Shown piece by piece: positions 6,969 to 16,398 of a stretch of 20,544 bases of DNA (position 1 is the first letter of the stretch; every line of letters begins with the position of its first letter). Under the pieces are notes generated by a model, which did no database searches, had not been told where the DNA came from, and saw nothing but the letters and a program-made list of their open reading frames with translations. Origin of the DNA: Candidatus Thorarchaeota archaeon (lineage in GTDB: Archaea > Asgardarchaeota > Thorarchaeia > Thorarchaeales > Thorarchaeaceae); the NCBI GenBank assembly GCA_016839445.1, contig JAEOUG010000079.1:1-20544 (forward strand), in the 5' to 3' direction. The position numbers and the translations under genes were made by a program.

Positions 6969-8990
6969 ATGGAGAGATGCGAATTGAGTCCCTCGAAAAA
7001 GACTACGAAGTCCAGCCCATCGGCGAGCAAGAAGAACCCCGCGGGAGCGGCATCCATGCCTGCGGGCGACATTAAGCAGGGGACAATCGCCAAGTTCATG
7101 AGGAAACGGACTCAGCTGGTCGGCTTCGAGACCGGGCTGAACAAGCATACTCAATATGCTATAGAGTTCCTCGACAATGCAATTGATGCTCTTGAGAGCT
7201 GGTGGTGGAAATCGAAGAGTCGACCCCGGCTTTCCGAGACCCTTGATCAAGAGACTGTTGATGAAGTCCGCGCGAAGCTAAAGGAGGGTCAAATCGACTC
7301 CATTGCTCTTAGCAAGCAGATTGAGCGAGACGTGAGAGCTGGAAAAGAAATCGAAATACCGACAGCCCGTAAGGACACACTCGACGATCGAGTGACTGAG
7401 TTCCGGAAGATTATGACCCCTCTGCGGACACTACTCAACAAGAGAGAGCCGCTTGTATTCATGCAACTCACTGAAGTCCAAATGCCGGACCTGGTTCCCG
7501 CTGATGATGAAGAGGGATTCAAGGTCTATGAGTTCACCTGCTTTGATACCGGCGTTGGGATGGTCCCTGAAGACCTTGAGAAATTCGGGATATACCTTGC
7601 CTCATCCAAATCTGAGAAGCTTCGGCAGACAAGAGGCAGCCAAGGTTTCGGTGCGCCATCAGCATTCAGTGATGCCCAGAACACTACCGGGAAGCCGATC
7701 TTCACTGTTTCACAGCGGTTCAACTCAGACGAGGCAACAGTGGCCAGTTTCTACACAACCACGGCAAATACCAAGGAGTACGTTGGTGGTCCCCTTCAGA
7801 TGTCCCTGCCATTCAACCACGGGACGTACATCCGCTTGTACTACTTGAACATTCAGTACCGTCGTGGTTATTCAGACATCTATGCCGAGATGGCCTCACT
7901 CCTAAACTCACATGTCACAATCATCTTCGTAGACCCCTACGGCGAAGTACACGTCTTTCCGAGAAGGGTCACACAGATGCCGGAAGAACCGAAGTACGCC
8001 CAACCCCATCCTGCCAGTATTAGGATTGGAGAGTTTCAGGACCTGCTTCGTGAGACCAACGAAAATGACCTTCGAGGATTCCTCACCAGGGCCTTCTGCC
8101 GCTTAAGCTCCAACAAGGCGAAGACAATCATAGAGTCCGCTAGCAAGGAACTCCGAAGGCGACATCTTGACGGGCTGAAGATGAACACACCCACTGAGGC
8201 TCTCTCGAAAACCGAAGTAGAGCTTCTCTATAGGGCATTCTCAAGCGAGGACTATATCGCGCCTCCGACAGACACCGTTGTCCCAGTTGGCGAGGAAGTG
8301 TTCGAACAGACCATTCAGATGGCATACAAGCCTGATTTCGTTGCAGCAGTGACAAGGCGGCCAACATCTGGAAAGGGTCTATCCTTCGCAGTGGAGGTCT
8401 GCATAGCATACGGCGGCGAGATCAAAGCCGCAACTTCAGCGCCGATGGTGTTGTGGCGCTTCGTGAATAGAGTGCCGAAGCTGAGGGACAACAGCGACTG
8501 TGCAACATGGAAGGCAACAACTCTTGTCAACTGGAAGAACTACAAGGTAGCCACATTTGATAATGGAATACCCCGCGGACCAATCATGGTCTTCATACAT
8601 GTCTGTGGGGCCTACGTACATGTCATGTTCAAGGGGCAGAGCAAACAGGCTCTCGCAGAAGATGAGGTCCTTCTCAGGGAGATCAAGCTAGCACTGGAAG
8701 ACGCCGGTCGGAAATTTCGACGCTTCATCACCAGGAGAGAAACGGCTAGACGCAAAGCAAAGAGAGCGGGCATTCTCGCTATGTATGCAGACCAGTTCGC
8801 TCAGAGTCTGGTAAATATCGCCAACAGTAGTGCGAAGAAGAAGAAGTTCGATGCTGAATTGATAGCAAGCAAGATCAGAGACTCGATCTCTGGCTTCGAG
8901 ACTGCTGAGGATCAAGAAGAGACTGAAACTGATACTATAGGCTCAGACCTTGTGGCGGATGTTCCGCTTGACGGAGATGATGAGGAATGA
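6969..8990 (+). CDS. top6B: DNA topoisomerase VI subunit B
   Basis: GHKL motifs EFLDNAIDA, DTGVG and QTRGSQGFG, H2TH region, transducer RFVNRVP...FKGQSKQAL. Adjacent to top6A. Start is ATG 6969, TTG 6984 or ATG 7056. Confidence 0.95.
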   Translation: MERCELSPSKKTTKSSPSASKKNPAGAASMPAGDIKQGTIAKFMRKRTQLVGFETGLNKHTQYAIEFLDNAIDALESWWWKSKSRPRLSETLDQETVDEVRAKLKEGQIDSIALSKQIERDVRAGKEIEIPTARKDTLDDRVTEFRKIMTPLRTLLNKREPLVFMQLTEVQMPDLVPADDEEGFKVYEFTCFDTGVGMVPEDLEKFGIYLASSKSEKLRQTRGSQGFGAPSAFSDAQNTTGKPIFTVSQRFNSDEATVASFYTTTANTKEYVGGPLQMSLPFNHGTYIRLYYLNIQYRRGYSDIYAEMASLLNSHVTIIFVDPYGEVHVFPRRVTQMPEEPKYAQPHPASIRIGEFQDLLRETNENDLRGFLTRAFCRLSSNKAKTIIESASKELRRRHLDGLKMNTPTEALSKTEVELLYRAFSSEDYIAPPTDTVVPVGEEVFEQTIQMAYKPDFVAAVTRRPTSGKGLSFAVEVCIAYGGEIKAATSAPMVLWRFVNRVPKLRDNSDCATWKATTLVNWKNYKVATFDNGIPRGPIMVFIHVCGAYVHVMFKGQSKQALAEDEVLLREIKLALEDAGRKFRRFITRRETARRKAKRAGILAMYADQFAQSLVNIANSSAKKKKFDAELIASKIRDSISGFETAEDQEETETDTIGSDLVADVPLDGDDEE

Positions 8991-11131
8991 GCCGTAGGAA
9001 GAAGTCAGTAAAGGATGAGAGTACGGTTCAGACTACTCTTGTCGAAGAGGACAAGAAGAAGTCGAAATCTGCGAAAGGGAGCAAGAAGAAGGTGTCCAGC
9101 AAGAAGTCACCAAAGAAGACAACCGCAAAGAAGGAGACCACGAAGCCCTCAAGTAAGAAGGATTCAGTGAAGGAGAAGCCTGCCAAGAAGACGACGAAGA
9201 GAAGTGCAAAGAAGCCGTCGACGAAGGCGAAGAAACAGGCGAAAAAGGCGAAGCCCGAGGTCTCGAAGGATACGATAGTAGAGCTGACGTCCATTCCTGG
9301 AGTTGGAGGGAAGCTTGCTGAACGGCTTGCACTTGCTGGATATGACTCCATTGAGCGGATTGCACGTGCGAGAGCCACGTCAATCTCAAAGAAGGTGGAG
9401 GGTGTCAGCGAAGATGGAGCAAAGAAGCTGGTTGCAGCGGCAAAGGACGCTCTAATGATGGCTGGTGCTCCTGAGGTTGAGGTTGCCGATGCTGGCGCGC
9501 CAGACGATAGAATGAGTCTGAGAGATGTGCCAGGTGTCGGAGAGAAGCTGGCCATTTCACTCACAAGAGCGGGCTATGATTCGGTAGAGCGACTCTCTCG
9601 AGCTAGGCCAGAGAGTATATCCAAGTATGTTGACGGTGTGAGCGATGCGACGGCTCGAAAACTAGTCGATGCAGCCATCACCATGGTGAAGGAGCGAGAG
9701 GTTGCTGCCATAACTGGTCCTCAGGAACCGGTCGTAGTTGCGGCCAAGAAAGCTGAGGCGACGAAGGCTCCAGAGCCAGTGGTCGAGACTGCTGAGGAGG
9801 CCGAGGACGAGCCCAAGAAGAGAGAGCCGAAGCCGAAAGAGAAGAAGGCAAAGAAGAAACCTGAGAGCAAGCCCAAGGCAAAGCCACTTCCACCACCAAA
9901 GAAGACGAAGCCAAAGGTTGTGAGAAAGGATTCTGGTCTCCCTGTTCCTGACGCCGTGAGGAGTCTCTCGAAGGAAATGAAGGAGCAGTGGGCCGAGGCC
10001 GCCAAGGCTGCCAAACGAAAGAAGACTGAGGACGAGTCTGAAGAACAGCTAGAGACAGTAGAAGTCGTGAATCTGTCAGCAGATGACACAAGCGATCGAC
10101 TCGTTGACGTTGCGATTGAGATATTGAACGAGACCATGATGACCGGCCGTCCGGCGTTCGAGATTCCAAGTCGGTCTGGTGACAACATTGTCTGGGATGA
10201 GGTGCGTGACCTATTGCTCCTTGGGATGCGAACGATATCCCGACCCTACCATTCACTGGCCTCGGTAGTAGATGCAACAAGGACCGCTCGCGTCATGGAG
10301 ATTGTCTTTGAGTTGCTGAATTCAAGTCTCCATGCAACGAAACGAGAGGTGTACTACAGCGATGTGAACCTATTCAGGGATCAGAAATACAGTGACAAGA
10401 TCATTGAAGATGTGGCCTCAATGCTCCAGACTACTCGTGACAGCATTCACGTAGTCGCTTCAGCTAGAGGTTCTGCGATGGGCCGCGTAGTCATTCGTGA
10501 TGGTGGTGACCTCATCGATCTCACCAAGATGGGTACAGGAGGCTGGGCTGTCACTCCCTTCCTCGACCAACTCGAGATTGTGGAGAGCGATGCCGAGTTC
10601 ATCATTCTCTCTGAGAAGGACGCCGCTGTGATGCGACTGGCAGAGGCGAAGTACTGGAACAGACAACCCTGTATTGTCCTCACTGGCAAAGGTTCCGGCG
10701 ACATCGCCACTCGAGCCTTCCTCAAGATGCTAGTGAAGGAATTGGAGATTCCTGCGTTTGCACTTGTCGACTCCGACCCCTACGGACACTACATCTACTC
10801 AGTGTTCCTTAGAGGTAGCAAGAGGCTGAGCTATGAATCGCCCTTCATCGCTACTCCTGAACTGAAGCTGCTGGGCGTGCTTAGTCGTGATCTCGACCAG
10901 TACAACATTCCGAAGTCTGTACGCATCCCTATGCAACCGACAGACATCAAGAGGGTCCGCGACATGCTCAAGGAACCCTTTGTCAAGCAGAACAAGCCAT
11001 GGGTTGAAGACTTGAGGCTCATGCTCAGCATGAAGGAAAAGGCTGAGATTCAGTCCTTCGCCAGTCACAGCTTCGAGTATCTGACGGACGAGTACTTGCC
11101 AACCAAGCTTGAAACTGGTGACTGGATCTGA
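8987..11131 (+). CDS. top6A: DNA topoisomerase VI subunit A (Spo11-like) with long N-terminal extension
   Basis: Catalytic TKREVYY, TOPRIM EKDA, TGKG...TRAFL, DSDPYG and KAEIQS. ATGA overlap with top6B. N-terminal ~360 aa consist of Lys-rich tracts and two HhH domains. Confidence 0.95.
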   Translation: MSRRKKSVKDESTVQTTLVEEDKKKSKSAKGSKKKVSSKKSPKKTTAKKETTKPSSKKDSVKEKPAKKTTKRSAKKPSTKAKKQAKKAKPEVSKDTIVELTSIPGVGGKLAERLALAGYDSIERIARARATSISKKVEGVSEDGAKKLVAAAKDALMMAGAPEVEVADAGAPDDRMSLRDVPGVGEKLAISLTRAGYDSVERLSRARPESISKYVDGVSDATARKLVDAAITMVKEREVAAITGPQEPVVVAAKKAEATKAPEPVVETAEEAEDEPKKREPKPKEKKAKKKPESKPKAKPLPPPKKTKPKVVRKDSGLPVPDAVRSLSKEMKEQWAEAAKAAKRKKTEDESEEQLETVEVVNLSADDTSDRLVDVAIEILNETMMTGRPAFEIPSRSGDNIVWDEVRDLLLLGMRTISRPYHSLASVVDATRTARVMEIVFELLNSSLHATKREVYYSDVNLFRDQKYSDKIIEDVASMLQTTRDSIHVVASARGSAMGRVVIRDGGDLIDLTKMGTGGWAVTPFLDQLEIVESDAEFIILSEKDAAVMRLAEAKYWNRQPCIVLTGKGSGDIATRAFLKMLVKELEIPAFALVDSDPYGHYIYSVFLRGSKRLSYESPFIATPELKLLGVLSRDLDQYNIPKSVRIPMQPTDIKRVRDMLKEPFVKQNKPWVEDLRLMLSMKEKAEIQSFASHSFEYLTDEYLPTKLETGDWI

Positions 11132-11353
11132 TCTCTCTACTTGAGACTGGACTAGTGCTCTAGCCCTTGGTTCTCTAGTGGGACCAGAATCCGGCCTGCA
11201 GTTGGTATTCACGTAGGCGGGACCCAAGTCGGTTGTGTCAAACTAGGTGATTTCTCTGTCTAGGTCAGAAGCACAGTGAGGACGATATGGGCTTTGCTTC
11301 TGAGGAATCATGCTGCGTCAGGCAGGATTCAAGCCTGGAACGAAGGGTATGGC

Positions 11354-12535
11354 TCATGCCTTCCGGATCTTCTTCTGGAGTCCTTTGAGCCTCTTGTCCG
11401 CTTTACCCTCGCGGTATTTCTCAGCGGCTTCCTGATACTTCATCAGAGCGTCTCTCGAGCTACCCGCTTTTGCGAGCCCATCTCCTTCTGTCTCAAGGGC
11501 CTTTCCCCACTCCTGGTATGCCTCACGAGCCTTTTCTGAGCACTTGACTCTCTTCTTTGCGTCTGTGCTGAACATGTAGAGTTCTCGGGCTTTCTTGTAT
11601 TGCACGATTGCCCATTCATAGTGACCTTCCTTGAGATGTGCCTCACCTTGGTCGTAATGGAATCTCGCCATGGAGTCGTAGCCATCATCTATTCTCTTTG
11701 TGCATTCAGCTACTCCCTTGTCGTTGGAAGCTCTCTCAAACAGGAGCTTCGCCATCTCGTATGATTCGATCGCGCGCTCGTGCTCGTCTTCGCCCAGCAG
11801 CTCATCTCCCCGTTCAAGACGCGCCCTGCCCATTGCGTCGAAGACGTATCCCGGGTACTCGAAGTCATCTGCGGTTATCGCAGCACCGCAACTGGGGCAA
11901 GCAGGAGAGTCAAGCTCCTTCATTGGGGCAGCAGAAACGCGGTTGGGTTTACCGACAACGACATCGATGAAGCTTGAGCTAGTTGATCCTCTGCCCTCCG
12001 GAAAGAGATGTGCAACAGCGTCTCTCGTGGCATCGTCCCCTGAGCTCGGAAAGAGATGGTCTACAGCATCCGTCATATCGATGTCTTCTGAGAAGACTCT
12101 AGGTGGTTCGACTTCCTTGAAGGGCATGCCCACCTTAACCTCGCTAACTCCTTCTTCCCAGGAGAGGTCTTCAACATCGACCGCCTTCGGCACATCGCTG
12201 TTCTCTACTGGTATCTCCTCAGGGCGCTCTCGTTCTGGATCGACTGGTTCTGCGGCAGTAATGTCATCCTCCCAACTCAGTTCCTCTACAGGAGGAAGGC
12301 ACTCGTTTTCTGGTTCACACTCCTCTTCAGGAAGAGAAGCAATCTCATCAAGACCCGAGTCCTCGACTGCGGGCAGGACTGCTTCCTCGACGCCGTGTCC
12401 TTCAGTTTCTTCCTCCGAGTGCATTTCCACGGGGTCCGGTCTAGTCTCAGCCACTTTGTGGCCGCAGCTAATGCAGAATGTCGAGCCCTTGCCCAGTTTC
12501 ATCCCACATTCGGGGCATTGAAGTTGTTCATCCAT
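11354..12535 (-). CDS. Hypothetical protein: N-terminal zinc ribbon, acidic disordered region, C-terminal TPR-like repeats
   Basis: CPECG-x9-CISCG, an E/P/D-rich middle region, a lone CPSCG, and three G-x2-L/H...A-I/L-x2-Y-x2-A helical repeats. Confidence 0.8.
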   Translation of the reverse strand: MDEQLQCPECGMKLGKGSTFCISCGHKVAETRPDPVEMHSEEETEGHGVEEAVLPAVEDSGLDEIASLPEEECEPENECLPPVEELSWEDDITAAEPVDPERERPEEIPVENSDVPKAVDVEDLSWEEGVSEVKVGMPFKEVEPPRVFSEDIDMTDAVDHLFPSSGDDATRDAVAHLFPEGRGSTSSSFIDVVVGKPNRVSAAPMKELDSPACPSCGAAITADDFEYPGYVFDAMGRARLERGDELLGEDEHERAIESYEMAKLLFERASNDKGVAECTKRIDDGYDSMARFHYDQGEAHLKEGHYEWAIVQYKKARELYMFSTDAKKRVKCSEKAREAYQEWGKALETEGDGLAKAGSSRDALMKYQEAAEKYREGKADKRLKGLQKKIRKA

Positions 12536-12626
12536 TCTTCAACCGCTTCCAGCCGTATCTATGTTCTAGCTGAGAACTGGATATATGAACTGTTTTGGGA
12601 TGGTTCCGTGCTCCGACCCTAGGTAG

Positions 12627-13244
12627 TCAGTAGAACCCAACGTACACTATGGTTGTGACGACTATGCCTATCACCAGACCCAGAACCGACTGCTGGATTG
12701 TGTGCTGTTGAAGAACAGTCCTGGCCCAGACAACAGCAATCCACACAAGAATGACTAGGAGGGCCGGAGGACCGAAGACGAAGATCAATGCTGTTCCTGG
12801 ACCGCCCACACCTGCGGCATGTACTGAAGCCTTGGTGCGGAAGCTTGCGACCAGTACGCCAAGGGTCACGGAGAAGTAGGCGAGGGCCAACGTGCTCATA
12901 ATGTGACACTGGGTCAGCAAGTATATCCCGAAGGCAGAAACATAGCAGCAAAGGGAGAATACGAAGAAGATAGGTCTGCTCTCTCGTTCGGACACATCGA
13001 GATCAACGGTTCCTTTGAATGCGGAGTAGAATATTGGGACAATCGGAAGAATCACCATTAGCCAGACGCAGATAAGAAGTGAGTAGGATGGAGCTAGTGT
13101 GGGCCCAAGTCCTATTGGCGAAAAGAATGAGAACAGAATGCCGACATACAAGTTCACGAGGGGAGCTGGCGTAATCCTTGAGATTATTCTGGCGATTGTG
13201 ACTCTGCGACCCTTCAAGTCTAGGAGTTGGTCCCCATACTTCAT
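12627..13244 (-). CDS. PAP2-superfamily membrane phosphatase-like protein
   Basis: About 6 transmembrane segments. KASVHAAG (C2-like) and WARTVLQQHTIQQSVLG (C3-like SRxxxxxHxxxQ). Confidence 0.75.
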   Translation of the reverse strand: MKYGDQLLDLKGRRVTIARIISRITPAPLVNLYVGILFSFFSPIGLGPTLAPSYSLLICVWLMVILPIVPIFYSAFKGTVDLDVSERESRPIFFVFSLCCYVSAFGIYLLTQCHIMSTLALAYFSVTLGVLVASFRTKASVHAAGVGGPGTALIFVFGPPALLVILVWIAVVWARTVLQQHTIQQSVLGLVIGIVVTTIVYVGFY

Positions 13245-13386
13245 CGCATTTCACTCACTCAATTGTCTTGAATCGTCGAAAGCCTCACCATCTAGGCTTC
13301 CCAGACGGCCTCGGTTCGTGACAATAAGCTTTTTGTAATATCTTCGCTCATCTCACAAGGCAGAGAACCACCATTCTGTCAGGGAT

Positions 13387-13707
13387 GTGTGCAAGAACAT
13401 GCCAGCAATGCCTAAACGTGAGATTTTCGAGCGAATCATCCAGAACATCACAAGCAAATTCCCAGACGTGTACGCAGCCCTTTTCATCAGCCCAGAGGGC
13501 TTCCCCATAAACACATGGGGCGTCACTCTTGAGAGGGCAGAGGAGATCTCTGCGCTACTCAGCGCATTGATTGGCAAGACCTGGGAGATTGTACGCGGTG
13601 TGAAACAGGGCGGAGAGCTCCAGTTCATTCAGATTCAGACGAACATCGGAGGCGTTCGAATTGCGCCTCAAGAGGAGTTCATCCTCGTAACGATGACGAA
13701 GAGCTGA
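13387..13707 (+). CDS. Roadblock/LC7 domain protein
   Basis: About 100 aa. VYAALFISPEGFPI...EEISALLSAL...GELQFIQIQTNIG pattern. Start may be ATG 13399 or 13408. Confidence 0.85.
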   Translation: MCKNMPAMPKREIFERIIQNITSKFPDVYAALFISPEGFPINTWGVTLERAEEISALLSALIGKTWEIVRGVKQGGELQFIQIQTNIGGVRIAPQEEFILVTMTKS

Positions 13708-13808
13708 AGTCTACCCTCATCGTCGACTCCTCCTTCCAGTATTGCCGGATAGAGTGTGCCTTACGCTAGGAGATTAGGTCTCCTCACTCGGCTTCTCCAC
13801 TAGTGCTA

Positions 13809-13817
13809 TTTTTATAC
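13809..13817 (+). promoter_or_regulatory. TATA box upstream of radA
   Basis: TTTTTATAC about 50 nt upstream of the ATG; SD GGGAGG precedes ATG 13867. Confidence 0.55.
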
Positions 13818-13866
13818 TCTCCATTTCGACTAGTTCGTGACGAGTGTCCTGAGGGAGGCCACACGA

Positions 13867-14910
13867 ATGTCACGGAAGAAAGCAGATGAAGAAGACTTAG
13901 ACAATGAAGACTACGAAGACTTCGAGGAAGAAGGCGTCAATGAATCAGACGAGATTGATGACGCAACTGTTTCAGGTATCGAAGTAACCGATCTACCTGG
14001 TGTCGGACCCGCCATCGGAAAGCGACTTGCCGAGGCTGGATACAAGAGCGTGGAAGCAATCGCAGTTGCCTCGCCCGGCGAGCTTGCGGCAGCAGGATCG
14101 ATTGGGGAAACTACGGCCACCAAGATCATCAAAGCCGCACGTGAGATGCTTGACATCGGTTTCGAGACAGCAGACCTACTCCTTGAGCGCAGGAGGTCCG
14201 CGGGTAGGATTACAACCAGCTCAAACGCGCTGGATGAGCTCTTTGGAGGAGGAATCGAGACACAGAGCATCACAGAGATGTACGGAGGATTCAGGTCTGG
14301 AAAGACACAGATTGCACACCAGCTCGCCCTCAATGTGCAGCTTCCCCCAGAGAAGGGAGGGCTCGGAGGCACTGCAATCTTCGTGGATACGGAAGGAACC
14401 TTCAGACCCGAGCGTCTGGTCGACATGGCTGAGGCGCACGGGGTGGACGCGGCAAAAGTCCTCAAGAATGTGGTCTGGGCTCGTGCCTACAACTCGGACC
14501 ACCAGATCCTTCTCTGTGACCAAGCCATGGAGATGGCGGCTGAGAAGAATGCCAAGCTTCTTGTCGTGGACTCTGTTACGAGCCACTTCAGGGCGGAGTA
14601 CACGGGACGAGGGACTCTTGCAGCAAGACAGCAGAAGCTGAACAAGCATCTGCACCATCTGCAGCGTGGCGCCGAAATCAACAACATGGCGGTATACATC
14701 ACGAATCAGGTGATGTCAAGGCCCGACGCATTCTTCGGTGATCCCACCGCCCCGGTGGGCGGACACGTGCTCGCACATGTTCCACAGACTAGATGCTACC
14801 TTAGGAAGTCCAAGGCTGAACGAAGAATCTGTCGTCTGGTGGACTCGCCGAACCTTCCTGAGGGTGAGGCTGTCTTCACTGTGACCAAAGACGGAATTCG
14901 AGACGTCTAG
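13867..14910 (+). CDS. radA: DNA repair and recombination protein RadA
   Basis: N-terminal HhH DLPGVG, polymerisation motif FETA, Walker [19 protein letters not shown], Walker [35 protein letters not shown]. Confidence 0.97.
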   Translation: MSRKKADEEDLDNEDYEDFEEEGVNESDEIDDATVSGIEVTDLPGVGPAIGKRLAEAGYKSVEAIAVASPGELAAAGSIGETTATKIIKAAREMLDIGFETADLLLERRRSAGRITTSSNALDELFGGGIETQSITEMYGGFRSGKTQIAHQLALNVQLPPEKGGLGGTAIFVDTEGTFRPERLVDMAEAHGVDAAKVLKNVVWARAYNSDHQILLCDQAMEMAAEKNAKLLVVDSVTSHFRAEYTGRGTLAARQQKLNKHLHHLQRGAEINNMAVYITNQVMSRPDAFFGDPTAPVGGHVLAHVPQTRCYLRKSKAERRICRLVDSPNLPEGEAVFTVTKDGIRDV

Positions 14911-14935
14911 TAATGCAGGGGGGCTTCTTGCCTCC

Positions 14936-16294
14936 CTACAGCCTCTCGAACGAAGCCTGCTCTACCATGGACACAACGGAGTTATTCCATTCGTCCAGCC
15001 CGTCGGGGCTTCTTGGATATTCTGAGTACGCCTTGTCGATCTTCTTCATAAGACCAGAGGCCTTCTGGAGGCTTAGCAGAAGCCTCATTCTTCCTGCGCC
15101 TCTTTTCACTCGCCGGAGTTTGTCGACAGCACTCAGGGAGAGCCCCTCTCCCTTGTTGGCTGCCATTAAGTCGCCGGCCTCAAGCAACCTCTTCTCGAAA
15201 CCGTAGTCCATGTCTTCGTCTCTGACGGCTTGGAGAAGGCGCCGGAATATCTCAAGCGATGCAAGCCTGCGGCCGAAACTACTCAGGAATCGTGTATTAT
15301 AGGGCCAGAGTCCGCGAGCCGTCAAGTCTCTCCTGGCAATTGCCTCTCTCGCAACCTCTCCCAGAACGATACCAGCCCGCATACCAGCACCAATTCCTCC
15401 GCCGTGAATAGGGTTCACCTGCAATGCAGCATCCCCGACAAAGGCCACTCCATGACTCACCAGGCTCTTGAGAGGTCTTCTCACTGGAACTGCGCCTCCT
15501 CTGCTATCCTTGACGGTGCAATCAAACAAGAGCGGATAGGTCTCCTTGAAGAGACCGAGCAGGGCCTTCGGAGATCCTCTACCTTCCCCTCCGGTTATTC
15601 CCACTCCCACATTGACTTGCTGTGGTCCCTTCGGGAATATCCAGCCATATCCCTTTGGTGCTATCTGTCCACCAAGGAAGACACGTGCAACTTCTGGTTC
15701 AGCAAGCGGCATCTTCAGCTGCACTATCTCCCGATAGCATAGTGCTATGTCTTCTTTGGCAATCTCTCCTTCTACGAGTTCATTCTCGATCTTGTTTCTA
15801 ATCACTCCAGCGAATCCGCTGGCGTCAATGACGAGCTTTGCAGAGACCTTGTGTTCAGTCTTTGTCGACATGTCTCTGTACTCAACGCCAATGACCTGTT
15901 CATCTCTGGTGATTGGCCCTCCGACGTGGGCCCGGTCGTTCAGCTGCACACCTGCGCTAATGGCCTCCCGCAATAGCCTCTGCCCGAATGCGCTCCTGTC
16001 AACAGTCCATCCGTCGAACTCAGTCCATCCCCTGACCTGCAGGATGTTCTCCATGCTTGGTGGATACACATCCGCTCCCGAGATTGAAGTGGACACCTCT
16101 CCTCCGGATGGGTAGTCAATACCTGTGGCGTCGAAGTGAGACCTCGAGATCTCATCTCCGCACACCTTATCGCCGATGGCCGGTTTCTCTTTCCTATCAA
16201 GAAGAAGCGTTCTGAGACCGAGCTCTGCACATCGCCTTGCAGTAACACAGCCCGCAGAACCAGCGCCAACAACAACAACATCCGGTCTCTTCAA
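14936..16294 (-). CDS. Geranylgeranyl reductase family flavoprotein (DGGGPL reductase-like)
   Basis: VVVVGAGSAG FAD-binding motif, KVCGD, IDASG, PKGYGWIFPKG (YxWxFP), GDAA...NPIHGGGI. TTG start with TTTATA about 30-35 nt upstream on the minus strand. Confidence 0.92.
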   Translation of the reverse strand: MKRPDVVVVGAGSAGCVTARRCAELGLRTLLLDRKEKPAIGDKVCGDEISRSHFDATGIDYPSGGEVSTSISGADVYPPSMENILQVRGWTEFDGWTVDRSAFGQRLLREAISAGVQLNDRAHVGGPITRDEQVIGVEYRDMSTKTEHKVSAKLVIDASGFAGVIRNKIENELVEGEIAKEDIALCYREIVQLKMPLAEPEVARVFLGGQIAPKGYGWIFPKGPQQVNVGVGITGGEGRGSPKALLGLFKETYPLLFDCTVKDSRGGAVPVRRPLKSLVSHGVAFVGDAALQVNPIHGGGIGAGMRAGIVLGEVAREAIARRDLTARGLWPYNTRFLSSFGRRLASLEIFRRLLQAVRDEDMDYGFEKRLLEAGDLMAANKGEGLSLSAVDKLRRVKRGAGRMRLLLSLQKASGLMKKIDKAYSEYPRSPDGLDEWNNSVVSMVEQASFERL

Positions 16295-16398
16295 GGTCAG
16301 TCGATGTCTAGATTGCTGTCCGAAATATAAATGCAGGCATCATACCGAGTGCGGCAGGTGCGCCCTCAGGCTCTTGCTGCCGGTGAGGGCCCCTCTTC

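Noticed and set aside
7197-7448. Intein in Top6B
   Set aside because: It is too short and lacks the C-terminal His-Asn followed by Cys/Ser/Thr and any LAGLIDADG motif.
9028-12521. Long antisense ORFs (9028-9564, 9678-10280, 9721-10188, 11700-12521)
   Set aside because: These are Ser/Phe-rich shadows of low-complexity Lys/Glu-rich sense genes.
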